A DNA stretch of 64,000 nt, taken from assembly GCF_006345805.1 (NCBI RefSeq), contig NC_042998.1:10912001-10976000 (forward strand). Direction: 5' to 3'. The position numbers and the translations under genes were made by a program. This DNA comes from Octopus sinensis (taxonomy: Eukaryota). The notes beneath the pieces are model-generated. The model saw only the letters and a program-made list of their open reading frames with translations, was not told the DNA's origin and did no database searches. This document shows, one piece after another, positions 25,318-40,429 of this stretch (positions are counted from its first letter, which is position 1; every line of letters begins with the position of its first letter).

Positions 25318-28300
25318 TGTTTAAGCACACAATCTCAGATCAGGTCACTTGTTATGCAAGTACATCTACGTAAATAATTATAAAAGATAAAATGAAAATT
25401 ATGTTATATAGTTTAACTAATCTGTATGAAATATAAAATTTTATCTAATGAAAGAAACAAAGACGTTAGATGGAAGCTGTTTTAGCTAGCGATGGTGTTT
25501 GATAACTACAAATTATTTCGAACCGGAAAAAAAATTCAATGTCAGAAAACTTACTTAAATCTCTGGAATGAGATGTTCTCTATATAATTATTCTATTATG
25601 TAAAGGATTTCTAGAAGTTTTTGATCAAAGCATATATGCAAGTTATGATTGAACAATTTAGGAACAAATAGAGCTGTGAAATTTATAGCTTGTATAGAAA
25701 TTTGAGTTGCACAAAAGGTAACTCACAAATTGATTCTCCAATTTGCATCAAAAGTAAATCATATCCATTTGAAAGGAACTGAGAATCCAAACCGCTAGTA
25801 TGTTTTGTCTCATGTCTACCCCGCCTCTCTTTAACATTCGGTTTCAGATTTTGTGGTTAAAACGTATACGGATTTAATTGCTAATCTTTTTTAAAGAGAA
25901 AGGCTTCATCAGCACACACGCACATTTCTGAGCTCTTACAGAAAAGTAATACGTTATCATAGAATAATATTTGGTTTATGCTTTTTTCTCAAGTCTACAA
26001 ATACTTTTATGCCAAATGGAATTCTTTTTCTCATTTGCTAAACCATATACTTGATATACCGAAGAATGCAATGAAATTCTTTTTCGTAATATATCATTAC
26101 ATAATTGACATTTTAAATTAGTTACATCTCGTACAGTTTTCAGATCTCTAAAATATTTTAAACGCATTGCATTTCCAATAGACATTAGTTCCTCTCATAC
26201 AATTCCAGACGACATTTTCATTCTTATTTGCATTTTGAATAACTTCTATATTATATCATACAGCCTTTGTTTCTTTATATAGAGGTAAAAAATAAACTCT
26301 CTAGTTATTTAAGCTATAAACGCTACACCCCTGCTTTTAGACCAGTTCCTGATATTTTCTTCTCCTTCTAATATTAGGTGAGAGATTTAAGGGAATAAAG
26401 TTTTCCAAGACACACACCTTCACTCGTTCTGCTTTCTTTAGTTTAAGATGAATGTATTTTTTTCTTGTAAGAAATGTATCTCTGTTCTGTATTAAAGGGA
26501 ATATAGATTATTATACTATCACAAACACCACCGAAAAATTTGCTTTAGTTTATATTTAATACCCTTACTATACTGAGTGCCATATGTTTTTCAACTTACA
26601 CTCTTAAAGAAAACATTCTTTCATATATCAAGCAGCAGGCATCTCTAGGTATTTTCCAGTACTCATTCTTTGAAGTTATTACACCACTCAGTGTTCATTC
26701 GTTATATGTCCTCGATAGACACTTTAAGGTATGGCAGTAATGAATAGACTAACCTTCACTGGTGGGTATAATAAAACCTTGAATTAATCATCAAAATAGA
26801 TTATACATCATCTATATGCATGTATAATGTTAATCAACTATTCTTTCTCATTGCATTAAGTATGTTAACACTCTATTTACTAATTATGATACACATTTTT
26901 TGATTCAATTACATCTCATTAATAGCTCATTAATCAACCTAGTTTCTTGACATTATCTTGACATTCATCTGGGTTTAAAATGAACACCGATCATATGTTT
27001 CGCTAAGCACCACTTACGAATACATCTCCTCCTGTCTGTAGATCGCTTACTCACCATATTAACTAGGATAATATTTGCGATATTTGTTTATATTAAATAT
27101 AGCAAAATATTGAACAATAAATAAAAACATATACACTCAAACTATTCAGGGTGTTACTTTGTGTTGTGTTGAATTGAAAACAATTTCTATCGTATGCAAA
27201 GTAAAACTGAATTAAAACAGTATCAATTGTTATGTTTGTCATGTACGTTACAAAAAAATATAAGGTTGACGGGATTGATCATGCGCCGGACGAAATGCCT
27301 TGAAGTAATTGTTCAAGCTCTTTATATTTTCAGTTCAAATCTCCCAGAAAATACCTTTGCCATTCATCATTCTTTTTTCGATAGAATAAATATCACTCAA
27401 CTACCGAAGTCGATAAGTTTTCAAAATTGGAAGAATTGGTGCAGTGCAGTTTCAGATATCAGACACTAGAGTTTAATTACCTATCTTTATTATATGATTT
27501 CAATTCCCGCCAAAGCCGACTACATCTTTCCTATTACAGAGTTCGATGAATTAAGTACCACTTAATCGTTAGTTCTCTTTCTGTAAATGTGAATTGTTTT
27601 GTACGTTCGTTTATTTTTAATAATTAATACAACACGAGCATTGTATTTTCAGAATAGTGATTCGGAGTAAACACTTTGTGGTAAATAGTAATCTTCCTTC
27701 ACAAAATAAGTTCAGATTTCCTACTGCGGCTTTTCCTTACCTTTCATCTTCCATGGACTGATAACAGGAGGACTAGTGAAGTAACTGGATCCATATGCCC
27801 CAACTATATGGCGTGTGACTCTGTTACATATCATTACTAAGTGCAAAGAGAAATGGGAGTATGTAAAAGATACTGCTGCAGGTTAAATAAGTTGCGGTTT
27901 TGGTTTTATATATTTATGTTAGAATTTAAATCCTGGCCACAAAAAATTTATCTTTCCTTCTTTCAATGTCGATGAAAGGAAAACTAACCAAGGACTGGAC
28001 AGCTGAATCCTGCTTCAAACTTTTTGGCCCAAACTCAAAACATGTCCATTGCTTTCATCATTTTCCTTTACAGACTACTTTCACTCCACTCTGCATTGTC
28101 TATATCATTCATAAGAATTAACCAAATGGTCTTATTGAATCTTATTGGTTTTTTTTATTTTAGAATTTAAACTCTCCAGAAGGAGATTTAATGACTTAAT
28201 TTCTTAGATAATTTCAGCTGACTTCATATGTGTGCGTCTACCGTATTTATTTATACTTAATACTTTATTCATATTTCCCCTTAGCCATATTGTATATAGT

Positions 28301-29404
28301 CTTAATCAAAAGCACGATAATTTCATTACTTCTCAACATATTGATTATTCTTAGCCTTATCAACTGAATGGAATATAATTCCTTAAAATTTAAAAAAAAA
28401 ACATATCGAAACCAGTTCATTTTAAAGACCAGACCCACTCAAACCCGAATTATTTATATTATCCAAAAAGTTTATCAGCTGATGTTATAGGGGATTATTC
28501 CGTTGCCTGTGTATTTTTGGATTTTAAACGCTTTGAAAGTAGCTTTTGTCTACTAATAGTCTAGATTATCAATCTTTTGATGCATTATATAATAATAATG
28601 ATCTTTTATTTGCATTAAGTTCGAGGAAAGTTTGCCTAAGCTATTTTCCTTCGACCATGTAGTTGCATTTTTAACATCCTGTCCTGTAAAACATTCGACA
28701 GGCTGAGCTTTCTGTTCTTCTGTTTTAATCGTAAATGAAGTGTTAGTGTCTTATATGCCCGCGGCAACGCATCTTTTATGTAATTACGTGCATTCTTGAA
28801 TTTTATCCCGGTTCACAAAGAAAACACTTTGGTTTCGAAATGTTTTATTGACACATGTTTTGATACGCGTGGATCAGTTTCCAGGTGTGTGTTTGCGTAT
28901 ATATGCATATGCCCTTATAATTCTGTGTATAGATGGGTGTGTATGCACATGTGTATATTTACATACATCTGTACAGGAGGGTACTAAACAAGCATACGCA
29001 TAGACATTCATTGTTTTTAAAAACATTAATTAAAAGAATTAACTTAAAACATTACTAAAGTTATTAGAATGACTTCATTTCTATGAAGTTTGAGACGTTT
29101 ACAATATTACTACTTATGCCCAGAAACGTAAGCTTGCAGCAGCCGTTTTTGCACTGCCGCTCACGAAGTATTTTAAACAAAAGAACGCAAATATAAACGT
29201 TTACTTCTAACCTTCATTTCATATTTAAAAAAAATCAAACTGTGATTATTTCAAAGGCAAATCAGACTCCATTTAACAAATGATAATCAGAAATCAGTAA
29301 CTTTGAGTATTGGAAACTGGATCTTTTTAGTCATAAGATATTAAAGGATAATCTTCGCTTGTATTGAGTCCTGTAAGTTATCGCTTCTGTTGGATCAACA
29401 GAGC

Positions 29405-29445
29405 TTGATATCTATCTATCTATCTATCTGTCGGTCGGTCGATCG

Positions 29446-29520
<75 letters not shown>

Positions 29521-29560
29521 GATCAATCTATCGATCTATCTATCTACCTGTCTATCTGCG
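29405..29560. repeat. (TATC)n/(TGTC)n microsatellite
   Basis: Direct reading. Confidence 0.9.
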
Positions 29561-30213
29561 TGCATGTTTATGCGTATATGCGTGCATGAATATATATATA
29601 TATATAAATAAATATAAAGTGATAAAGAGAGAGAAGGAAGGAGAAAGAGGGAGAGCATTATTTTGGGAAGAAAACTTTTGCAAATATATATGCAACGATA
29701 TTAAAACTAAAATTTCAATCCATCAGGTTTCAATTTCAAATATACTTTTTCGCATTTTTCTAAATTTCAACTAAATAATTAGAAATGAAATTTCTATAAA
29801 TAATTAAAAAATGAAAAACCCCTTCAGCCAAACAAAACTAGCACTCTCACACTCTCTTCCTTTACACACACACACACACATTCACATACATATGCATATA
29901 TAATATACATATAAAGGTACACAAGAGCTCACACATGGATTTTAATTTTCTTCTTTGCTCTTTCCTATAAGTCGTTTCTAGAAATATCTGACTATTCCTG
30001 GTTTAAATTCAGAAATACAAATATATTGTAATCAACATCCTGTGGATATTATATGTGATATTTCATAAAAGAAATCTACGAGAAAGAAAAAAAAATATTT
30101 GGGAATTGTATAAAAAGATATTGATGCAATGTCGAAATTGCACGCAAAACGCGGAAAAATTACACTTAAATATAAATTTAAATACTTAACTTGAAAGTGT
30201 ATGTCTCATAAGG

Positions 30214-30275
<62 letters not shown>

Positions 30276-30315
30276 CGGTTTTATATATATATATATGTTT
30301 ATATATATATATACA

Positions 30316-30759
30316 TTACGTTTATATATTCGTTTTGCAAGATTCTTGATGTGAAATCGTGTGTTGAAACAGATGTTGTTTAGGAATGTTCATGTTTCCA
30401 GTTTAGTCAATAAAGACACACGCACTATATATTTGGTGTTAATTTGCTTCTGCTTTATTTATATTTTACATCTTAATCTTATTTCGGCCAGAGTTCTTTC
30501 GTCACACTTCTGTGACCTCATCGGTGGTCCTTTGCTTTCTTCTTTCGTATTTGTGTGTCTCTCCTTACTAACGGTCAGCCATACTGTATTTTGTATTCCC
30601 ATAGTATGTGTCTTTATTTGCGTATGCGTATACCCAAATGTGTGTCTATGTTTAGTTAGTGTGTGTGCGGTGGGGGGGGGGCAAAGTGCCTGTAATATTT
30701 GTATCTCCTGTTTATACACATTCGTGTAATTTGTTTTTGTTTATTTTGTTCATGAAGCA

Positions 30760-30760
<1 letters not shown>
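30316..30760 (-). mobile_element. PLE-type terminal repeat (same family as the 9326-9780 arms) with hammerhead motif at about 30486-30530
   Basis: Minus strand ggacca-CCGATGA-g-gtcaca(gaag)tgtgac-GAAA-gaactc-tggcc; 3' end tgcaaaacgaatatataaacgta abuts (TA)n. Confidence 0.75.
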
Positions 30761-30800
<40 letters not shown>

Positions 30801-30880
30801 AGTATAAAACTCTTCCGGATAGAAGATTTTGCGTTTTAATATTTCTCTTAGGCATTGCGATACTAATAAACTGGTATAGA

Positions 30881-31114
30881 GGTGGCGAGCTGGCAGAAAC
30901 GTTAGCACGCCGGGCGAAATGCTTAGCAGTATTTCGTCTGCCGTTTCGTTGTGAGTTCAAATTCCGCCGAGATCCACTTTGCCTTTCATCCTTTCGGGGT
31001 CGATAAATTGAGTACCAGTTACGCACTGGGGTCGATGTAATCGACTTAATACCTATGTCTGTCCTTGTTTGTCCCCTCTATGTTTAGCCCCTTGTGGGTA
31101 ATAAAGAAATAGGT
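30881..31114 (+). mobile_element. SINE family B, full length
   Basis: ggtggcgagctggcagaaac...aaagaaataggta. Confidence 0.92.
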
Positions 31115-31339
31115 ATAGAGGTAAAGGATTCGATATACATATGCTAAACAACGAAGAGAAAGACAAGCACAGAGCGGTGATACGAATATGCGAAGATAAA
31201 GGAATAAACGATTATCTTATGGAATTCATTAGCGTAGAGCTGTTTATACTGGAAGTTACAGTGGACTCATAGTTTAGTTCCTGGCATTTCATGTAGAGGG
31301 CCGATGAAGCTATAGGGTGTTACTTAGACAGTCAACTAT

Positions 31340-31620
31340 GAGTCCGCTGCACCTAATGACAGAAACAGCTGTAAGCTAATGAAATTAATGAATCGTTTAT
31401 TCCTTTGTCGTCTCATTTCCTGATCCACACAGGGACTGCTGGTGATATTTTCCCTTCTTGTGACTTCAGTGTTTCCTTTCTGAATAAGAGCTATGCTCGA
31501 AACGTCAAATATCCTCTCTTTTCCCCACCTTTGCCGAATGTCAAAGTAATACATTCCACGTGCACGTCCTCTTGTTGTTTTGTTATTGCTATTTTCAATG
31601 TTCGATTATAAACTAATATA
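31340..31620 (+). mobile_element. Degraded PLE terminal-repeat fragment with damaged hammerhead (31477-31509)
   Basis: ttt-CTGAATA-a-GAGC(tat)GCTC-GAAA-CGTC-aaa; G8 mutated. Confidence 0.55.
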
Positions 31621-33199
31621 TATAATCTAATACACCTGTCTTCATCTTTTGGTTTCTTTACATTTGAACTATATATATATGTGTGTGTGTATGTGTGTGT
31701 GTACGTATGTATGCATGCATATATGTATGCATGTATATATGTATGTATGTACGTATGTATGTATGTATGTATGTATGTATGTATGTATGTATAAGGAATT
31801 CAGAGACAACGATAATTGTAGCTTGTTGTTGTTGGTTTAGCAGTAGGCCAACTTAAACCTAACAAATATGCTCCGTTTACATGCTTCCTGCAATTCTAAG
31901 AGATTAGGTTATTCATTTGAGGTAGATTTTAACTACTGATTTGTTATTACCTTCAAACTCATTCATCATAATGGACTGTTTAAATATATTCAAGGCATGG
32001 TTTCCAATTTTTAAAACTAAAATATCATATTACATTTTCCGCTGTTACATTCCTTCTGAAAAATTAATGTTGTTATTTGAGGTATGTTTTGTTTGTAGAT
32101 TTTGTTAATTGAGCGATCTTTCAGACTCTCTAAACTATAAAGGGTTCGTTGCTGGCTTACTTACCGAATACTTTATCTGAAACCCTAATCCATGTTCACT
32201 AAAAGGTGTCTAAAATATGAGGATTTATAGTGCGTAAGCTTACGATATTAATATTGGTCTATCATGTAGTAAGAGTGATTCAAATTTGGATATACTGGAG
32301 CGCTGTCCACATAAACAACTCTCGTGGGTTGATCTACATGGTAGTCATATCAACCAATGTCCCTAAAATCCCAATCTGCATTCACTAGAAATGACGGCTA
32401 AGATTTCTTGGATCTCTTCTGTCCGCTTCTTTGCCACTTTTCAATTTCCTCAATTTTGTTCAAAATGATTTCAAATTTGTAGTTTTTTATGCTCATTATT
32501 GACATGGACTTTATTTTCGCCATACGTCAATAAATAAATAGTTAATAGCTTTTAGAGTTTTCAAATTTTGGGTAATTTTAGCTAATCGACATTTCAGACA
32601 GATAGGTGCCTGTTTCCATAGTAACAAGCCAAGCGTTAGAAATGCATTTACAAAATACCACGTGTTTAGAAACGCTGTGCTTTCCTGCTTCTACCCATCT
32701 TTTTCTGCTCTTAAATCTACGAAATACATGTTGTTTACTCGTTTGATCATTAAATGCTTAAAACATCTGCCATCGTACAATGTTGACACAATTGTTTTGT
32801 CGTCTTACGATTGCAGTCCCGCACAAAATTACAGCCTCCAAATCCTGTTTTCTGATTGGGTAAAAATGATCAAACATAAATCCTCTATAATTTTTTTATG
32901 TAAATGTCTGGACCAAGGGAATTAGGTCCTGCTATTCAGCCTGAAATATTACATCAATACACCAAATTTGAAAAATTTCACCTAATTTTAAATATACAAA
33001 AAGAGTAGCTAAACAGAAAAGATCCGATTTCCTATGTAATAAAAAGAGTATTGTGACTTATAATGACACTACCTATTTGGCAACTAAAACTCTGAATCAG
33101 TTTCCGTCGAATCTTTTATGTTGTTACTAGACCCGCTAAAATAACGGGTAAATTTCGTTTAAGTTAGTCTAAAAAGAAAAAAAAATGGATATATTAGAT

Positions 33200-33358
33200 C
33201 AGGGTTTCCCAACTAGGGGTTCGAGATAGCATTCCAGGGGGTGCGAGGAGGGCTGGATTTATAGGGAGTCAAAGAGAGCAATTGCCCCGGGCACATTTAT
33301 TCTTGTATAATTTATTACTTTAAGGGGTGCGAGACATAACAAAAGTTGGGAACCACTG
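33200..33358. mobile_element. hAT-family MITE
   Basis: TIRs cagggtttcccaact / agttgggaaccactg; 8-bp TSD tattagat / tattaaat. Confidence 0.85.
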
Positions 33359-33640
33359 TATTAAATATAATAGTTCAAGTTACAACTCTGCAAATAAAAG
33401 ACAATGAAGTGGTGATAGTTGATAAACTGAGACTAAAATGCAGACTTGACCAAAAGTTAAACTTGGAGCTAAATTCCTATAGTAATGATTTTTATTCTAT
33501 TTTATAGAATTCTATAATTCTCTAAAATTTTAATTGGCCCGTTTATTCACTGTCTTAATTTACATTTTAATTAAGTTAATTTTGTCTACCTTTTAAAAAT
33601 ATTTTCAGCGTCGAAAAAACAATTGATAGAGATACCATCA

Positions 33641-33870
33641 AGCTGCGAGCTGGCAGACACGTTAGTGCGCCGGGCGAAATGCTTAGCGGTATTTCGTCTG
33701 TCGTTACGTTCTGAGTTCAAATTCCGCCGAGGTCGACTTTGCCTTTCATCCTTTCGGGGTCGATAAATTAAGTAGCAGTTACGCACTGGGGTCGATGTAA
33801 TCGACTTAATACCTATGTCTGTCCTTGTTTGTCCCCTCTATGTTTAGCCCCTTGTGGGCAATAAAGAAAT
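33641..33870 (+). mobile_element. SINE family B, full length
   Basis: gcgagctggcagacacgttag...aaagaaat. Confidence 0.92.
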
Positions 33871-35690
33871 ATATATTTAATTAATGTTTAATAGAGGGAG
33901 ATGGTGGATGAGCACTTCTCTGATCAAAGACACTCCTGCCGTGACCGTATGTGTATTTTATCAACAGAACAACTCACTCCTTTTTGTTTTGAAAGGCAGC
34001 AGGATGTGATTGGCAGGAAAGATCATTGCTAATTTTAGCATGTTGTGTGACCACCTATTGGCTCCCTCGTCGGCTCGTGAATTATATTTAGAGTATTATA
34101 TGTGTGAGTCATAGCAAAAACTTTCACCAGGCTTTATCACTCTTCCGCTTCGAGATGGACGCTGCAAACTTTGAATACAGCTTCTTAGCTTTGGTACAGT
34201 CACTGTAAAACTCGTGTCTTTTGTAGTTCTGTTCTTTAACAGGGAGCAGCCTACCCGTGCCAATTAGAGGAAGGAATATAAAAATAAACAAAAGAACTTA
34301 TTCGCCGATAGCCTTTTTATACTGAAACAGTTTACAAATGGATTTAAATGATTTTTATTGAAATATGTGAATAGATTGTCTGTATTGTGCGACAATGAAC
34401 TAGAGTGGAAGGGTTAGCTTTTAAGAAGTGATAGGAAGAACGGCTAACTGCAAGTTTTATTGATTAATTGTAGCTAAATACATCTGAAAAAATGTTGAAA
34501 TTTATTTCCGTTGGATTATATTAAGTAGTTGGGTTTTTAATGGGGGGCGTTTAGTGCGTCTATTGTAGAGCCCTCTCTAGGTTCATGTAGCGAGCTCAAT
34601 GATGTTGAACGCTTGCTGTGACAAACAATAAACGTTTTGATCACCGATAGTAAGTTTTATGACTAAGTCAGATGAGGAAGTGCTGTACGCTTGACTTTGC
34701 TGCAAGCCACAACTTACGGCTTATCGTTAAACCGGAAACCTTATTCAAATTATTGCAACACCATGGACACTTTCAAAGTCACTGAAGGGCCATGTGGTGT
34801 TGCCAAATTTGGCACAGGGTTAAATCTAAGATGGGTTCTCAGCTGAAGGATCGCATGCTTGTATTTGAACACTGAGACTAATTTCCATCTGTACCCGACA
34901 ACTCGGCAAATAGAAAGGCTGGAATCGAATTGAAAAGGGTCATACATCTATCTAAAATATAACGCTTTGATTTATGATCGTTTCCTCAACCGTAAGAATA
35001 TGATTGAAAATTCTACGTTAGAGTAAATAAAAGAAAACATCACATTGTATACAAATTAAATCCCAAAACTGACTCGCTCGAATACGTTGACACTACAAAG
35101 AAATTTGATTAACACTAACAGAATTAATCTCACGAGGAATATTATTTTACATAAATCTAGTGACGATACAATATAATATATTATTAAAACTTGAAACCTA
35201 ATGAGGAATTTTCCCTCAGTTAACTGGTGGTCAAATTCTAGGTCAATGTAGTCGCGTACATTCTTAATCTGAAAGCTTTGTGCCTGTGTCAGAAACCATA
35301 CTTTTATTCGAAGTATGAATTATTCCAATTATTGCAATGTGTAATCGGATTATGACTGATGTCATATTAAGATTATGATTGATGTCATAAACACACACAG
35401 ATACACCGTCTACGAGATGGAGATAATTATGTAATATGTATGCTTGAAAGTTGGAGATTTTTCTAAGTGACTTTCAGAAGGAGGGAAAAAGTAAATATTT
35501 CATGATCTACAAAATAGAAGTCACGTTGCAAAAATCGGATTTAGAGAAACGTAGAAAGGCGCTAAGGATTGACCTGTTACTCCAATTTAGTATAACTTGA
35601 ATAAATATAGAATTAAATGTTTTAAAATCATGATCAACCTTTATTTTCATCAGGATCATTGTATTTTGAACTACGAGCAGAACTACTATA

Positions 35691-35908
35691 CTCTTTACTC
35701 TTTTCACTTGTTTCAGTCATTTGACTGCGGCCATGCTGGAGCACCGCCTTTTAATCGAGCAACTCGACCCCAGGATTTATTCTTTGTAAGCCCAGTACTT
35801 ATTCTATCGGTCTCTTTTGCCGAACCGCTAAGTGACGGGGACATAAACACACCAGCATCGGTTGTCAAGTAATGCTAGGGGGGACAAACACAGACACACA
35901 AACATACA

Positions 35909-35950
<42 letters not shown>

Positions 35951-36115
35951 TACGACGGGCTTCTTTCAGTTTCCGTCTACCAAATCTACTCACAAGGCAT
36001 TGGTCGGCCCGGGGCTATAGCAGAAGACACTTGTCCAAGATGCCACGCAGTGGGACTGAACCCGGAACCATGTGGTTGGTAAGCAAGCTACTTACCACAC
36101 AGCCACTCCTGCGCC
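35691..36115 (-). mobile_element. SINE family A, full length
   Basis: ctctttactcttttcacttg...cactcctgcgcc. Confidence 0.92.
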
Positions 36116-38522
36116 TATGTTTAATTCTTTTCTATTTCTTTTTATTCAGATATACTGCTCTTTTTATTTAGCTTTGATATAAATGAAAGTTGGCTTCGGT
36201 GCTTTTTCAGCAAGGCGAGTGAAGCTTCAATGTTCACTTTTTACCGCATTGCTTCCTTCATTTGATAGAAAAGAAAAATATGTTTTTCGGAACGAATTGT
36301 TTGCTAATATGTGCAGTTTGTGCGATCGTCTCGATAGTCCTTCCTATGCTCACAAAAGGTCCTACGTTACTGGCTGATCGCTATCTTTTGCTATGGTCTA
36401 ATATGTGTGTTACAGTACATGTGTGTATGTGCGTATGCGTATATATGTGTGCATATCTATATATATATATTTGTGTATATGTGTGTGTATGTGTGATAAA
36501 AATACTGTAGGAAGGATGCGATAACTACCCTAGTGGGAACTTACATATTGTAATAAATCAAGAGAAAGTTAAGACAAATTTCTGTTCCTGAAAAGGAAAC
36601 TTTGTTTAATAATAATGTTAGCTTTCTGTAAAGATCATTAGACATAGTAAGTGAGCACTTGTAGGCAGTACTATAGCTCAGCTTTATTTTAATTATGTTT
36701 AGTGATGTTACAGTTTTGAGGTTATATGTATATTAGAAAATGTAGTGCTATAGTATAAGGCGAGATTGAAGCTTATTTCCAAAACATTGGTGACGTTTGC
36801 TGTGAGAAAATAGAGACTTGTGTTGATAAATTTGTCTAGTAATGCCTTTTGGATATCCAACTGTGAGTTCGATCATGAAGACGAAGCTTATGATGGAGAC
36901 CAAGTAATCTCTTAAAAGATTCTAGTAATATATTTGCTTTGGATTAGCATGCAGTGCTGACTTCAAATCATAACACATACGAACGGATTAAAGATTCAAT
37001 GAATCCTTACAGATGTAAGATATGATGTACCTTATTTTTGTTCTACCTCATATAACATTGCTTCCATCTGAGACATAAATGAGGGGGGTATATATTTTTT
37101 CGGAATAAATATATAAGCTCATTGCCGGTTTTCAACGCATTATACATTCGCTGAGAATCCATTCTGGCAACGTTTCTGCCAGCACATAATATAAAATTAC
37201 TTAAAATTATATTGTATGAATCAAACTATCCACAATGAAGTATAAGTTTCTGCCTTGATTAATGGGGTTACATCTACTGGAATAATAAATATTTGAACTG
37301 CACAAATCATAATGCTGCACTCACGATAATGTTACAAAATTGCAATTTTTACATAACACAGTGCATCACACTGCATTTCGAACCAGTGTGAGAATCTCTA
37401 CATCATTGCTTGATCTGCTATAAATAGCAATTATATCTTCCTTAGACCACACCATGCAATTTGCAGCAAACGATTGGTTCATATCTTCTTGAGAGCATTA
37501 CATATGAACAAAAATAAATGGTGATTGTAGCTTGAATATTTTGACCTCGGTTCGCTAAATCAAGGTTGATCTGGTATCAAAGCAATAACATCACTAAACA
37601 GTAAAAGGCTTTCTGCTTGGTCACTTGACCTGACTTAAACAAAATCTAAACCCTTTCGAAATCGTAAAAGCCAGTCTTAAAATTTTTAAAAATGGCATTA
37701 AGTATTGTAGACGAGATTGCATTAATTCCTAACGAAAAAGTGTGATTGTTATGGCTGGTAGGCTTTTGATTATAGGCTGTTCAATCAGAGTTTTTACACT
37801 CTTCCAAATAATTGCTTACAACATAAAGAAGAAAAGCACTAAGGACCACGCTGGTGACATGTCAATGAGAAGCTCCCCCTACACAGTCATTTAATCTATT
37901 ACACAGTCATTTAATCTATAACAGTCAACTCAGATTCAAATCACACCCAAACATCTTTAAAAAATGAATGACATTTGGGATAATGTAGTCCTAGAAGCAT
38001 TATGCCCTAAATGTTTTCACTATACGTTTTCTCAGACTCAGAATTTCTGGAACCAAATAACGATGATTGTAGTGGTATAAGTTAATATTATTATTTTTTT
38101 GTACAAGTTAATAATATGAATGAATAAGAAAAAAAGGTGTTTTAAGTGTGGTAAGTTAGCATTTCGTGTTATAATAATCTTTGGTGAGTTTTCGAATACC
38201 AGGTTCTATTTTTGATGTTTTCTTTCATTGAAGGCCACCCTATCTTCCAAGAAGAATTTAGGAGTAGCAATTAAACTATGCTTTTCTTACTAGATGAGGC
38301 CTAATACAAACTGAATCATGTTTGGAAGTGCCACCATGCTGCTGAAAATTACGTACACTTCCTACAACATTCCATATTTAAGTAATATTGATTCAAAAAC
38401 ATTTTAGAGTTGTCTCCCAACAATATTCTCGATCAGAATGCGAAGTGCATTCTAGAAGTTTCGAATCATTTTTAGGAGATGCAGTTACATGTATTCTGGA
38501 TCATTTTAATTTTAATTTTAGT

Positions 38523-38608
<86 letters not shown>

Positions 38609-38610
<2 letters not shown>

Positions 38611-38810
38611 CGAGAAGCTTTATGAAAATAAACGAAAGACGAAGGCAGGTGGAGTACAAACAAACAATTGTATTAGTATGGCGCTCAGGAATATAAATAA
38701 AACAAGTCTTTTACGTTTCGAGCCTACGCTCTTCAACAGAAAGATACACAGAAAAGAAACACGGAGAGAAACAAGGAGAGAAACAAAAATGCGTGCAGAA
38801 GCTAGCGATT

Positions 38811-38815
<5 letters not shown>
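38609..38815 (-). mobile_element. Solo 5'-truncated terminal repeat of the Neptune PLE, inside (TA)n
   Basis: Reverse complement matches 54400-54606, including the hammerhead-like motif (38707-38744) and the exact 3' end aaagcttc(t/c)cgttata. Confidence 0.88.
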
Positions 38816-38855
<40 letters not shown>

Positions 38856-38999
38856 GAATAAGCTGACTTCGCAATTTGCTTTTATTCCAGATTGAAGGAG
38901 TCACCTGTAATAGCCTTTTAAAAACATCTTACTAAACACTGCTTACCATAGCGTACTAGTATAAATAGTATTTAGTTAGTATTACAGTCGGTTCGTGAA

Positions 39000-39983
39000 G
39001 ACGATTTGGAAGAGCACTTTGCAACAAAGATTTGTGTTGAACTGGGCAAAAATGCTGCAGAATCTTATAAAATGTTTCTGACTGCTTTTAGATTAACTTG
39101 TATGAGCCGAGCACCTATTTTTCTCTAGCATAAGATGTTCGAAGACGGCGGCAGAAAGAAGGTGAGAAACGATGAGAAAAGTGGGAGGGAGAGAGACGTC
39201 AGAACATCAGAGCTGGTCGAAAAAATTCGCAATTTTCTGGATGAAAAGCACAGTGCGTCTAAAAAGGCAATAAACATACAATTTGGAGTTAGTGTGAAAA
39301 CTGTCATAGAATTATTCATGAAGATCTGCTCATGCGCAGTATTTGTGAAGATTTTATCTACAGGGTGCTTAATGACAAATAGAAGGAAAAACGCATTAGT
39401 AACAGTAGAGGATGGTTGAGCACATTACATCCGATCAAAGAGTACTTCAATCTCTGGTGACGAAAGCTGAATCTACTGCTTATGATCCATAGATTAAGAC
39501 AGCGAATCCAATGGAAGCATCCTGGCTCCCCCAGATCCAAATATGTCTGGTAAAGCAAGTCTCCTTTTTCGACAGCAAGGGCATCATCTGTCTCCATTGG
39601 GTTCTCTCTGGTCTGACGGTCAAGTAAGAGTACTTTATATGGTTTTTGAGGGAGTTCAGGAAGAGATTGCGTTTCAAACGTGTCGGTGGTAACTGCACCA
39701 GGACAATGTAACAGTCCACAGTTGCATCATGATAACAATCTACTTGAAAGATTTGCGCGCCAAAACGGTCCTTCACCCATCCTATAGTTCTGGTCTTGGT
39801 ACCTGTGACTTTTCGTTGTTCTCTACGCTGAAGGAGAACTTCAGGAGCAGTCGTTTTGAAGTCTTGAAGCTGAAGGAGTGTTTGACAAGAGTTCTGGACA
39901 TCTCCATTTTGGAGGTTTTCCATAAGGCCTTCGCGAAGTGGCTGGAGTACTTTAACAAGTGCACTGAACCTGGAGGATCCTAG
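39000..39983 (+). mobile_element. Decayed near full-length mariner transposase
   Basis: LGKNAAESYKM.., SGDES*IYCYDP, FFDSKGII, LHQDN, HPSYSSGLGTCDFSLF (YSPDL-equivalent, D34D) with many frameshifts. Confidence 0.85.
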
Positions 39984-40367
39984 ATTTGTACTTCTTTAAA
40001 ATTAATAAATGTCTCAAACCTTCTGGAAATGCACTTTGAAAGTCATTTACAAACATGATTGCTTTCATAACTAAGGGTGAAATGATAATTATTTAAAACA
40101 TCTTAGCTTATTATATCAGGTACGAGAGCGCCCACTGACACAACTCAAAGTGTTTAGTTTACATATAAATAGATGTCACTTTACATTCCATGTCCAAACT
40201 TGAACCGTTTCTTGTTCGTACAAGTTATATTGCAATGAATGTGTCTATTTCTTTTCATTACGTTATCAGATCTCCTCATATTCATTACATAAACATTTCT
40301 GCGCCTGTGTATAACACCCCTACATGCACACATACATATGTATATGTTGTATATATATGTATGTAGG

Positions 40368-40429
<62 letters not shown>

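Noticed and set aside
25976-26185. ORF containing KCQLCNDIL, possible BED zinc finger of a hAT transposase
   Set aside because: The His ligands and the downstream transposase are not evident; too weak to call
30712-31026. Recurrent ORF MRNWY.IYRPRKDERQS... found at several loci
   Set aside because: Antisense translation of SINE family B, not a gene family
33127-33149. CTAG plus acccg/cgggt hairpin resembling a Helitron 3' end
   Set aside because: No matching 5' end or second copy found; recorded but not called
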